In this document: piece by piece, positions 48,968 to 58,928 of the stretch
How positions within the stretch are numbered: the first letter of the stretch is position 1
Layout: every line of letters begins with the position of its first letter
NCBI GenBank assembly: GCA_964536515.1
Contig: CAZHXI010000004.1
Span: 5,038 to 69,037 of the forward strand
From: an uncultured Gammaproteobacteria bacterium
Lineage (GTDB): Bacteria; Patescibacteriota; Patescibacteriia; CAYZDG01
Direction: 5' to 3'
DNA length: 64,000 bases
Program-made: the position numbers and the translations under genes
The notes under the pieces: model-generated
Databases searched by the model: none
Told to the model about the DNA's origin: nothing
The model's input: only the letters and a program-made list of their open reading frames with translations

Positions 48968-51900
48968 ATGAAGATCAAGCAATGCATAGTTCTGGCGCTC
49001 GCGCTGCTCACGTTGCTCTCCGCCGCAATTGCCTCGCCGCCGATGCCCCAAGACCAGGGCATCATTCCCAAGGTACAAACCTCCGGGACGGTGAGCCAGA
49101 AACTCTTCTTCAGCCTCACCGCCGCCACCGGCATCCCTTGGGATTTCGGTTCGGTGTGGGTAACTACGGTAACGCCTACCGACAGCTCGTCGGTAGCCAA
49201 TGCCCTGCAGGCTCACTCGGCTGGCACCTCGGTGCCCGCCCTGTACCCGGTGGTGAGGGATCGCTCTGGGCCAGCTGAACGCTGGTACTGGGGTACCTAC
49301 AATCAGCAGGGCAAGCTGGTAGCTACAGGTGGCATGGTGGGTTTTAGCCCGCCGCCGGCAACAGCTAACCAGCTGCTGCCGCCCGCCGGTACTCCGGCCT
49401 ACGCTGCGCTGCAGCAGGAGGTAGAGAACTACTGGCGCGACGACGACCCGACCATGGAGATAACCGGGATGGTTGAGTGGAGTAGAGTATTCCTCCAGCC
49501 ATCGGATATGCCCGGCTTCACCTACCAGGGTGAGCCCATGACGCCGGAGCAGGTGATGATGTACTACGACAGCATGGCCTTCGGGTCGTCCCCTCCAGAG
49601 GAGACTCCTGGCGGGAGAGTTCCGTACGAGACGGCGAAGCAGTACTACGACAGGTCGTTCAATTTTGGCATCGACCTGGTCCGTGGGTACGGTACAGATC
49701 GTCCGGGCATCATCAATCATGTATCGGGCGGCACCATTGTGCCGATTATTCTGCCGTACACCTTTGCCCAGCTGACCACCGAGCACAGCTTCGCCGAGTT
49801 CTGGCAGAGCTTGGTACCGGCGGCGCTGGCAGAGGCTGGGCTGACCATGCCTGACCCAGACCCCTACCACCTGGTTGAGTTCGTATGGTTGGTTCCGTAC
49901 GAGTGGACATACCAAACCTCACTGTGGGCAATGGCCTACCTCAATACGGGACAGTTCCAAACGAACGCCTACGGTTACGGCGACGTGGCTGGGTACGGGC
50001 CGATTGTTCACGAAATGGCCCACGCCTGCAACTCATTCCGCGACCAGTACTACCCGCATAACTACGGCTTCATTGGTCCGTGGGGGGTAATGGCCAACGG
50101 TAGCTGGAACCACGAGGGCTGGCACGTGCCGGCCCACCTCATCCCCGACGTGTTCAGCTACTGGCCCGGCTCTACCGCCGACGACCTCTCGGACGTCGGG
50201 CTGTACACGCTCGGCCACCGTGGCTACATTCGTTTCTTGAACCCATTCTGCGCCAATGATTCGACGTTCGCAGAGTGGATGTGCCTGGCGGCGCTGAACA
50301 TTGACCGCGAGGGTATGCAGCAGCCCGGCACAAAGTTCCTGGCAATTCAGACGAACGCGTACGAGGAGTGTGGAGAGTATGGCTGACACCCAGCTGTAGG
50401 TCGTACCATAATCTGCGCCGACGGCAATCCGTACGGCTGGACAGTGGACGGCGACCCGTTCCCCCAGGTTGGGGTGGACGCAACCAGCTTCGACATGTGG
50501 GTTCAGTCCTACGGCATCCAGTCGCCTATTCCGATCGGCTGGCAAGCTCAGGGCATTGTATCGACCGCAGACTCAGTCAGCTTCCAGCTAGCGTACGAGC
50601 CGACGTCGCCGTACCTGGCACTGGAGGCCATCAATAACCAAGAGTCTCTGGTTCCCGGTGGAACTGTAGACCTTTCGATTGCCGTGGTGAACTACGGTTC
50701 TACCACGGTCGGCGGAACCGTAACGGTGTTCCCCGAAGCCTTCCTGCCCAGCTTCCAGCTGCAGGTTCCAGCGGGCGTGCAGCCGCTCGATACGGTCGAG
50801 CTTCAGCCCGTGGGCAACGTGAACATTCCCGACGACTTCGCCATGGTCGGAGCACGGGTGCCCATTGGGGTGGCCTTCGAAGCTAACTACTGGGAGGACA
50901 CTGTTCAGGTGTACCTTCCCGAAGCTGGCGGAGCGGCGCTGCCGCTGTGCACAGGACCAATCATCGGCAACTCTGCCGAAGACCTTACGGTGTTAGCTAC
51001 GGCTCCGAGCGTAGCTACGTGCCTAAGGTTCAGGCAGCAAATTTGGAACCGACCAGTGCTGGGTGCCATCGTGGGCATCGCCATTAGCCCCGGGGCCCAG
51101 TACGTGGGCGTGGCTACCGATGAGAACGGCACGGGCCACGTCTACTTCTTGAATGCCTCGAACGGAACGGTTCGGCACCACTGGTCATTCGTCGGTCAGC
51201 GCCTAGCCGAGCCAGGGGTGGCATTCGCCTACGGCTACATTACCTTCGTCGTGGGAGACCAGCTGTACCGGTTCACCCCCGACGGCATTCCGTTCGATGA
51301 TGCAAGTCGTGAAACCCTGGGCCTACCCATGGCTCCCACCGGCTTCGCCTGCGGCGCCGATAGCACCTACTGCATTGTCGGCGGCGATACGTCTACGGCA
51401 TCGGGCTTCGTTATCGTCCTGGATTTCTGGGGCGACCGAGTATTTCCGGTTCCGGGAGACCTCATTCCCGTCGACGAGCTCGCCTACCTTCCTCCGGTCG
51501 GCGGCGATATGAACGGCGATGGCATTCGCACCGAGTACGTGGTTCCGTTCATCGGTGATCCCTACGGCGGCTACGCCATGGTGGCGTACAGCGTGTACTG
51601 GGATTCAATTGGGGTCGGCACGTGGCTGTTCACCAACTGGGGTGACAACCGTAATCGGCAGCCGGTGCCCGGTGCGTTCGGCTGGACCAGAGATCTGCTC
51701 GACGATGAATCGGTCGGCGCCGCTATAATGGTGGGGCAAGCTGGTTCGGCGCTGCAGCGGAGCTCGCACACCATTGCCGACGGCTCTGTTGCTCCGGCAA
51801 TTATCGTGGCCGGAGAGAGCAACTGGTACGCTGCCAGCGTAGACCTAACGGGACTGGGGCGTAGCGCGGTTACCCTGGTTACACCGGGTCACGGCGACAT

Positions 51901-52474
51901 TCGTATGTATGATCCAGATGCTACCACGCTGGTTCCGGGAGGGTCTGCAGTCGTTACCCCCGGCGGCGAACTCTTCAGTGGGCCGCCGCTGGTAGTACGG
52001 GCGGCAGACTGGCTATCGGAGATTTGGATTCCGACCCAGGATATTGGCGGCTGGCGTTACCAGCCGTACAGAACCCAGGGGTTCGGCTCCGATTGGTTCG
52101 GCCTCAACGGCGACGGGCAGAACACCCGCTGCCACGGCTTCCGCGGCCAGCTGGGGGTGCCCGGCGCCCCAGACTCCGGCATCGTTCTGACGGTAACGTA
52201 CTCATCCAACCGGAACGAGCTGCTGCTGGCCTGGTCTGCCAACTTCCCCAGCGGAGTATACGGGTACCACGTGTACGACGCCCCCGACCCGGATACCCCG
52301 GAAGATGCGTGGACGGTTATTCGAACCATTGGCACCACGTCTAGCTACGCATGGGTAACGATTCCGCTGCCCGCGGCAGCGAAGCGTTTCTATAATGTCA
52401 GGGCAATACTACCTGACCCTGCAGATCCCGAAGCCCCAGACGGCTCCACCTACTGGGGCCAGCACGAGCAGTAA
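48968..52474 (+). pseudogene. M6-like secreted zinc metalloprotease interrupted by one in-frame TGA at 50384-50386 (pseudogene or recoded gene)
   Basis: ORFs 48956-50386 and 50444-52474 share a frame, with only the TGA between them; HEMAH..F.D.Y, W.VMANGSW, PAH before it and ADG..GDPFP after it. Confidence 0.7.
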
Positions 52475-52492
52475 CGTTCCTTCAACTAAACC

Positions 52493-52525
52493 CAGCCCCG
52501 CTCGAACGAGCGGGGCTGTTCTTTT
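52493..52525 (+). terminator. Intrinsic terminator
   Basis: CAGCCCCGCTCG-AA-CGAGCGGGGCTG-TTCTTTT. Confidence 0.85.
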
Positions 52526-52565
52526 GCTTGCCGTAAGCCCGCTCGTCCGCTAGTGTCTAGGCTCT

Positions 52566-53888
52566 ATGGGAATATTCTCTAGGCACGAGAAGCCAGCTGA
52601 CCCCGCTGCAGACGTAGCGGCGGGCCCGGCCACGCCCCCCGGCCACGTGGCCGTTACGTTCGACGTGCCGTGGTCGGCGATCGAGGCTAAGCTTCCAGCC
52701 GCCGCCGCGAAGCTCTCCAAGCAGCAGCCGCTCCAGGGTTTCCGCGAGGGCAAGGTTCCCGTCGATGTGGCCAGGCAGCGCTACGGCGACCAGCTGCTGA
52801 TGGCCGAGGCGTACGACCTGGCCGTACCCGGCATGTACGCCGCGGAGATTGCTAGCGCAGGCCACGAGACCGTGGGCCAGCCCGCCATGTCTTTCACGCC
52901 CGACCCGGCCTGGGGGGTAGACGTCTCGGTTACCGCTACCGCCCCCGCGCTGCCGCCGGTGACCCTGCCCGACTGGAGCGCCGTTAAGGTCGATGCCGTC
53001 CGCCGAGAGGTGTCCGACGCCGACGTCGCCAAGGTGGTAGACCAAATTCGGGACCGCTTCGCGACCGAGGAGCCCGCAGACCGTGCGGCAGCGAGCGGCG
53101 ACCTGGTGGAGCTAGACTACGAGCTGCTGGTGGACGGCGTGGCGGTGGAGGACGGCAGCGGCAAGTCTCACCGTGCGGTGCTGGGGCGTGGGCACCTGCT
53201 GCCCGAGGTTGAGGCTGCGGTGGTCGGCATGGCGCCGGGCGAGGAGAAGCACCAGGCAATCACCTTCGGGCCCGAGCACCAGCTGCGCACCGTCGCCGGC
53301 AAGACGGCAGACTGCCGCATCGTGCTGAAGCAGGTTTTCGGCCGTACGCTCCCCGAGCTCACGGACGAGCTGGCGGCTAAGGTCGGTCCGTTCAAGACGG
53401 CAGATGAGTTCACGGCCCGGGTCCGTGCCGACCTGGAGGAGGAGGCGGCGGCAGAGTCGCTGCGTGAGACCGAGAAGGCGGCGCTGCAGGCAGCCGTAGC
53501 GGCGGCGAAATTTGGACCGCTGCCGGAGATACTGGTGAACGACGAGGTCGGCAGGCTCATCCACGAGCTGCAGCACAGCATCGAGCGCTACGGCGTGAAG
53601 TTCGACGGCTACCTGGCGCACATCAAGAAGAGCATGCAGGAGCTGCGCCTGGAGTTTGTCGTCCCGGCGACCGAGCGGCTGAAGGTAATACTGCTGCTAC
53701 GCGCCGTCGTCCGCGAGCGGTCGTTGCTCCCGACCGACGCCGAGGTTGACGCCGAGATTGCGAGGCTAAAGCAGCGGTCGCAGGACTCCGCCCAGCTGGA
53801 TGACCCCCGGGTGCGGAGCCAGGTACGCGTCGACCTGGCACAGCGGGCCGCGGTGGCGTGGGTGGTCCACGCCGTCACCCAGGCGTAG
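52566..53888 (+). CDS. tig: Trigger factor
   Basis: GFREGKVP ribosome-binding signature and FKBP-like middle domain. Confidence 0.92.
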   Translation: MGIFSRHEKPADPAADVAAGPATPPGHVAVTFDVPWSAIEAKLPAAAAKLSKQQPLQGFREGKVPVDVARQRYGDQLLMAEAYDLAVPGMYAAEIASAGHETVGQPAMSFTPDPAWGVDVSVTATAPALPPVTLPDWSAVKVDAVRREVSDADVAKVVDQIRDRFATEEPADRAAASGDLVELDYELLVDGVAVEDGSGKSHRAVLGRGHLLPEVEAAVVGMAPGEEKHQAITFGPEHQLRTVAGKTADCRIVLKQVFGRTLPELTDELAAKVGPFKTADEFTARVRADLEEEAAAESLRETEKAALQAAVAAAKFGPLPEILVNDEVGRLIHELQHSIERYGVKFDGYLAHIKKSMQELRLEFVVPATERLKVILLLRAVVRERSLLPTDAEVDAEIARLKQRSQDSAQLDDPRVRSQVRVDLAQRAAVAWVVHAVTQA

Positions 53889-53912
53889 AGACGCGCTGCA
53901 GCGCGTCTCTGC
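53885..53912. repeat. GTAG-type REP containing the tig stop codon
   Basis: GTAGAGACGCGCTGCAGCGCGTCTCTGC. Confidence 0.8.
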
Positions 53913-53933
53913 CACGCAGGGTATAATTCGGCC

Positions 53934-54782
53934 ATGCTGTTCGGCGTACACGTATCCGCGGCCAAGAGCCTAGCGCTCGCCCCCGAGCGGGCGGCAGATG
54001 TTGGCGCCGAGGTGTTCCAGTTCTTCTCGCGTAGCCCCCGCGGGGGACCGGCGCCCAAGATTAGCCCGGCCCTGGCGGCGGAGTTCCGCGCGAACTGCAA
54101 GAAGTTCAAGCAGGCCGAGTGCTACATCCACGCGCCGTACTACATCAACTTCGCATCTACGGACGCACGCATAAATCGTGGCTCCATTTCGGTCGTGCGT
54201 GACGAGCTGGAGCGGGGCTCGTTGCTCGGCGTGAAGTACGTCATGACCCACCTCGGCACCAGCAGGGGTCTGCCCCGAGCTAGGGCGCTAGCCATGGCGA
54301 CCGTGAGCCTGAAGAAGGTCGTGCACGGGTACACCGGCACGACCGAATTTCTGCTGGAGATTGCGGCAGGCTCCGGCGACGTCATCGGCAGCAGCTTCGG
54401 GGAGATTGCCAAGCTGCTGCGCGGCATCGGCAGGAAGGATGTGGGGGTCTGCTTCGACACCGCGCACGTCTTCGCCTCGGGCTACGACCTGCGTACGCCG
54501 GCCGCCGTTGCCGCCACGCTGCGGGAGTTCGACCGTACCATTGGCCTGGGCCGCCTCAAGCTCATCCACTGCAACGACAGCAAGGTAGACATGAATTCAA
54601 AGAAGGATCGGCACGAGCACATTGGGCTGGGCAAGATTGGGCTCGGCGGATTCCGTGCTTTGCTGGCCCACCCCAAGCTGCGGAAGATCAACTTCTCGCT
54701 GGAGACGCCGGAGGATGACACCCGGGGCGATGCCCAGAATCTTGCGGTGATGAAGAAGATGCGGAAGCAGGTATGCGGCTAG
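53934..54782 (+). CDS. nfo: Endonuclease IV
   Basis: G.HVS, HAPYYINFAS, CFDTAH, H.NDSK..DRH. Confidence 0.95.
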   Translation: MLFGVHVSAAKSLALAPERAADVGAEVFQFFSRSPRGGPAPKISPALAAEFRANCKKFKQAECYIHAPYYINFASTDARINRGSISVVRDELERGSLLGVKYVMTHLGTSRGLPRARALAMATVSLKKVVHGYTGTTEFLLEIAAGSGDVIGSSFGEIAKLLRGIGRKDVGVCFDTAHVFASGYDLRTPAAVAATLREFDRTIGLGRLKLIHCNDSKVDMNSKKDRHEHIGLGKIGLGGFRALLAHPKLRKINFSLETPEDDTRGDAQNLAVMKKMRKQVCG

Positions 54783-55270
54783 CTATCATCAGCGATACGC
54801 ACGGCAACGTTGCCTGGCTCGACATGGTGCTGCCCTGGCTGGCTCAGCGTACGCTGGACGGTTTGGTCCACTGCGGGGACGTGCAGGACGTGGGGACGCT
54901 GGAGCACCTGTGCCAGGGCTTCGGCGGGCCGGTGTGGGTCGCGCAAGACCCGGCGGCAGATGATCTAGATGACCTCGTTCGCCACCGCAGCCCCTGGCCA
55001 ACCAACCTGCAGTCAATCCACGAGCGCATCGAGCTACCCGAGGCGGGGCTTGCCGCTGTCCATAGGCCAGACGAGGCGGCGAACCTCGCCGCCACTGGGC
55101 GGTACCGCTACGTCTGCTACGGCCACACCCACATTCCATGGGAGAAGCGGCAGGGAGAAGTGCGCCTGTTCTGCCCCGGCAACCTGTGCGGCGTTCGCGC
55201 ACGGCCGACGTTCGCAACCCTGGATACGGATACGGATGATTTGCAGTTGCACGTGGTGGAAACGTTGTAG
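54773..55270 (+). CDS. YfcE-like metallophosphoesterase
   Basis: ISDTHGN, HCGD, GHTH, PG. Confidence 0.88.
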   Translation: MRLAIISDTHGNVAWLDMVLPWLAQRTLDGLVHCGDVQDVGTLEHLCQGFGGPVWVAQDPAADDLDDLVRHRSPWPTNLQSIHERIELPEAGLAAVHRPDEAANLAATGRYRYVCYGHTHIPWEKRQGEVRLFCPGNLCGVRARPTFATLDTDTDDLQLHVVETL

Positions 55271-55272
55271 GT

Positions 55273-55899
55273 ATGCGCGTACCAGTTGACCCCCGGCATC
55301 CGGATCCTGTAGCCATTGCCCGCGCCGTTGAGGTGCTGCAGGCGGACGGCGTCATCGTCTACCCCACCGACACTGTCTACGGCATCGGCTGCCGCATCGG
55401 CTCACCTGCTGGCATTGCGGCCGTGTACCGAGCCAAGGGTAGGCAGCGCCGTAAGCCGGCATCCTTCATCTGCCGCGACCTGCAGCAGATCAGCCACTAC
55501 GCCGTACTCTCCGACGCTGCCTACCGCCTAGCAAAGCAGCTGCTGCCCGGGCCGTACACGCTCGTCCTGCCGGCTAGCCCAGCTTGCCCCAAGCCGATCC
55601 AATCTGCGCACCGCGCCGTAGGCGTCCGCATTCCCGACTGCGCCGTTACCGCCGCTATCGTCCAGGCCCTGGGTGAGCCGCTCATCTCGACCAGCGCCAA
55701 CATTAGCGGAGAAGAGACGCCGGAGGATGCCGCTGCCATAGAGCGTACGTTCGGCCCGAGCGTCGGCTTAGTCCTGGACGCAGGCGTACTCAGCGGGCAG
55801 CCATCTACGGTACTAGATTGCACCGGATCGGAGGCTTCGGTGATTCGGCAGGGTGCCGGGCCGTGGCCGCCCTTGACGGCGCAGCCAGGCGGCGTATAG
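55273..55899 (+). CDS. tsaC: L-threonylcarbamoyladenylate synthase (Sua5/YrdC)
   Basis: YPTDTVYGIGC, K.R, PGPYT, STSANISG, PSTV. Confidence 0.92.
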   Translation: MRVPVDPRHPDPVAIARAVEVLQADGVIVYPTDTVYGIGCRIGSPAGIAAVYRAKGRQRRKPASFICRDLQQISHYAVLSDAAYRLAKQLLPGPYTLVLPASPACPKPIQSAHRAVGVRIPDCAVTAAIVQALGEPLISTSANISGEETPEDAAAIERTFGPSVGLVLDAGVLSGQPSTVLDCTGSEASVIRQGAGPWPPLTAQPGGV

Positions 55900-56007
55900 T
55901 TGAATTATTCTCTTAACATTCCCCACAGATCTTTCGTCCCCAAACGGGACATTCAACATATTGTCGGCAGCCACCTCACGGTGGCTGTCTTCATATATAC
56001 TCCGGCT

Positions 56008-56283
56008 ATGGAATTTACCCAGCTCGCCGTAGTGTGCCGCCCCAACGCTAGGGAGAGTACCGTCGTGGGCTGGGTTGGCAATCGTCTAGCCCTACGGCTA
56101 GCAGCTCCCGCCCGCGAGGGTAGGGCGAATGAGGCTGCAATCGATCTTATCTCTTCTGCGGCGGGCGTCGCTCCGAGCGCGGTAGAAATTACCCACGGGG
56201 TCGGAGGCAGGCTCAAGCTCCTTCGGCTCCCCCTTGCGGGCTTGCAGAGGCTGCAGGCTACAATACCCGGGTATGGCAGCTGA
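56008..56283 (+). CDS. DUF167/YggU family protein
   Basis: PNAR, AP..EGRAN, I..G..R.K. Confidence 0.85.
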   Translation: MEFTQLAVVCRPNARESTVVGWVGNRLALRLAAPAREGRANEAAIDLISSAAGVAPSAVEITHGVGGRLKLLRLPLAGLQRLQATIPGYGS

Positions 56284-56536
56284 ACGAATCGAACGGACAG
56301 CCGGTAGCCTGCCGCCGCCCCCCACGCGGCGGGCTGCGGTGCAGGACTGGTACCGCACCATTGGGCTGACCCTGGCCTGGGTGGCGCTGCTGGGGGTAGC
56401 CGTCGGGTTGGCCGCCAGCCTTCTGCTGATGCCCGAGTGGCTGAGCCGGATCTCCCTTACCGCGGCTGGCCTCGCCCTCGCGTTCCACATAGTGCTGTCC
56501 GTAGCCCTGAGCAGGACCCCCCGGCTAGAGGCTTGA
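56273..56536 (+). CDS. Small 2-TM hypothetical protein
   Basis: Two hydrophobic helices; overlaps the DUF167 gene end. Confidence 0.5.
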   Translation: MAAERIERTAGSLPPPPTRRAAVQDWYRTIGLTLAWVALLGVAVGLAASLLLMPEWLSRISLTAAGLALAFHIVLSVALSRTPRLEA

Positions 56537-56569
56537 TTGTTCCCGGCTAATTCAGTAAGGTTTCCGCAC

Positions 56570-56643
56570 GCGGGTATCGTATAGCGGCATTATGCCACCT
56601 TGCCATGGTGGAGAGACGGGTTCAATTCCCGTTACCCGCTCCA
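56570..56643 (+). tRNA. tRNA-Gly(GCC)
   Basis: Acceptor GCGGGTA/TACCCGC, anticodon arm ccacc-ttGCCat-ggtgg, discriminator T, CCA. Confidence 0.96.
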
Positions 56644-56734
56644 GTCTATAGGCGGTCCTATCCCCAGCCCCGGGGCGGCTTGCGCGTGGGGTTAGGGGTG
56701 CCATACTTAATGCCTTAGCCTAAGTGAACCAACT

Positions 56735-58003
56735 ATGATTACCCCAGAGCTACGCCAGTTCGTTGCCCAGGCAATGGCCGCCGGCCAGTCGGCCGATGAT
56801 ATTCGACAGACGCTCCGCAGCCAGGGCTGGGAGTCGCTAGACGTAGAGCAGGCGCTGGCGCAGTCCAGCCAGGCTCCCGTTGCCCCCGCACCCCGGGGCA
56901 GCTTCCCGCGCGTGTTCCAGATGATCGGCGGCGCCTTCAAGCTGTTCCGCAGCCGTGCCCGTGTGCTGCTGACCGTGGCAGCGGTCGCCGGCGTCATGCT
57001 TACCGTCGGCCAGTGGCTGGGCTACGGCAGCCTAGAGGCCAAGAACTCCTTCCGATCGAATGACGAGATGACCTTCCCCGGCGGCATACCGGCAATGGTC
57101 GGCTACGGATTTGCGATGCTGGTGTACACCGTGGCCTGGTTCGCCGGCCTCGTTGCAATCGTGCGTCGCGACGCCGTCTCTCTCCGCCAGGCGGTCGCCG
57201 AGGTGCCACGGAAGTTACTGCCCCTCATCTGGGTTACCATCCTAGCCTCAGCCGTTACCATGGGCGGCTTCCTGCTGCTCATCATCCCTGGGTTGCTCTT
57301 CGCGGTTTGGTTCAGCTTCGCATCGTACGTGTACCTAGCCCAGGGCATCGGCGGGCTCCGCGCCCTCAGCCTGAGCAGGGAGTACGCCCGCGGGGCCTAC
57401 TGGCGCATAGTGTGGGCTTTCTTTGCCTTCGGCATTATCTTCGGCATCGCGTTCGTCATAATTGCCGTTGCCCTCATGGGATTGAGCGTCGTTACCGGGC
57501 CGGTCGGATTCATCTTCAGCTTGCTGTTCGGCATCGTGCTGGCCACCATGGGGCTGCTGTACACCAGCTACACCTACCAAGTTTTCTTGGGCTTGCAGGC
57601 TAGGCGGGGCGAGATCGCCGAGACGCCACGCGCTACGGCGCCAATCGTCGCGGGCTTCATCGGATGCGCAATTCTCGTGGCTCTGGCAATAGGCGGTGCC
57701 CTATCGCCGAAGTCCAACGACGCCAAGGTGGACCTCAGCTCGCTCGGCGGGCAAACGGAGATTGCCAAGATGTTCGAGTTCGCCGCAGTTCGCGCCGGCG
57801 TAGAGGCGTACAGGGAGGACAACGGGTCGTACCCCTCCAAGCTTTCAGATATCGGCAGCGACTACCTCAACGTCACCTCGGTAGACGTCTCCAAGTTTAC
57901 CTACACCAGCACCGGGGCAACGTACCAGCTCTGCACCACCATCGGCGGCCAGCAGAAGTGCGAGGGGCCATCGGGCTCGACGCCCACGGCTCCGGGGCAG
58001 TAG
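56735..58003 (+). CDS. Polytopic membrane protein with C-terminal pseudopilin (GspG)-like extracellular domain
   Basis: G.LLLIIPG..AVWF and AL..S membrane-anchor pattern; C-terminal EAY..DNGSYP..L..Y..YQLC. Confidence 0.65.
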   Translation: MITPELRQFVAQAMAAGQSADDIRQTLRSQGWESLDVEQALAQSSQAPVAPAPRGSFPRVFQMIGGAFKLFRSRARVLLTVAAVAGVMLTVGQWLGYGSLEAKNSFRSNDEMTFPGGIPAMVGYGFAMLVYTVAWFAGLVAIVRRDAVSLRQAVAEVPRKLLPLIWVTILASAVTMGGFLLLIIPGLLFAVWFSFASYVYLAQGIGGLRALSLSREYARGAYWRIVWAFFAFGIIFGIAFVIIAVALMGLSVVTGPVGFIFSLLFGIVLATMGLLYTSYTYQVFLGLQARRGEIAETPRATAPIVAGFIGCAILVALAIGGALSPKSNDAKVDLSSLGGQTEIAKMFEFAAVRAGVEAYREDNGSYPSKLSDIGSDYLNVTSVDVSKFTYTSTGATYQLCTTIGGQQKCEGPSGSTPTAPGQ

Positions 58004-58012
58004 TGTAGGCGG

Positions 58013-58098
58013 GCCGGGGTGGTGGAACGGTATACACGGGGGACTTAAAATCCCCTGCCCGCAAGGGCTTGCGAGTTCGAGTCTCGCCCCCGGTACCA
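58013..58098 (+). tRNA. tRNA-Leu(TAA)
   Basis: Anticodon arm gggga-ctTAAaa-tcccc, long variable arm, GTTCGAGTC, CCA. Confidence 0.96.
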
Positions 58099-58250
58099 CG
58101 AACCAGTGCGGAGCACGGTTCGCGGTAGTCCCGAACCGAACTCTGTTCTGGTTCGGGGTACCACCCATACGTTTTGACGTCGCCGCGCCGCCGGGGTACG
58201 GTGGCGCTAATTCTTGCAACTTGAACAACCGTAGAACAGGAGGCGCCGCA

Positions 58251-58670
58251 GTGGCGTCAGTACGAATACTAATGGTCAACCTCGGCAGAGATGCCGACTT
58301 CTACCGGCAGCAGATTGTGGGCTGCGACCCGATGGCGGCAGCGTACTGCTTCGACGATCGCCTAGTCCGCTACGGCCCAGAGCGACAGCGGGTTGTGGTC
58401 AATCGTCTGCTGCTCAAGTGCTTCGATCTGGCGCTCATCGCCAGCTGGTGGGGCGACGGCCGTGGCTGGATTGAGGGCGTGCCGCCCACCCTACGCAGCA
58501 GGGCTGCCATCCTCAGCTTCAATGGCGTCGTTGACCTACGATCTTCGCTTGGCCCGCTCGGGTTCCGGCACTTCGTGAGCAAGGTAAACTTCGCTTCCGA
58601 AATGGGTGAGGTGCTGCGCCTCTGCCGGGGCGTTCCAGGCGAGCAGCATTCTCAGGCTTCCGCTAGCTGA
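58251..58670 (+). CDS. Hypothetical protein, degenerate receiver-like domain
   Basis: SD AGGAGG before GTG; RILMVN, FDLALI, DG, AILS and LGFRHFVSK follow the CheY-fold pattern. Confidence 0.55.
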   Translation: MASVRILMVNLGRDADFYRQQIVGCDPMAAAYCFDDRLVRYGPERQRVVVNRLLLKCFDLALIASWWGDGRGWIEGVPPTLRSRAAILSFNGVVDLRSSLGPLGFRHFVSKVNFASEMGEVLRLCRGVPGEQHSQASAS

Positions 58671-58691
58671 TCACGTCGCTACGCATCAACC

Positions 58692-58722
58692 GAGCAGCCG
58701 CAAAACGGCTGCTCTCTTTTTT
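58692..58722 (+). terminator. Intrinsic terminator
   Basis: GAGCAGCCG-CAAAA-CGGCTGCTC-TCTTTTTT. Confidence 0.8.
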
Positions 58723-58928
58723 GGTCCACCATCACGCTGTATAATTACAACGTAGTTTAGTTCATTTCGAGCAGACAGCGCCGTCGCACCGCAAGATTTC
58801 TTTCAAGAATTCGAGCGGCCAACGAGGAGCGCCGTCGCTCGTCCATCTGGATAAGTCGATCACCACCCATACGGTCAGCTGGGCTGGATTCACTGTGCCC
58901 ATTCGTTAACCAGCTAACCAATAACCGT

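Noticed and set aside
50384-50386. Genome-wide TGA=Gly recoding (genetic code 25)
   Set aside because: Conserved genes contain no internal TGA, and several end properly at TGA.
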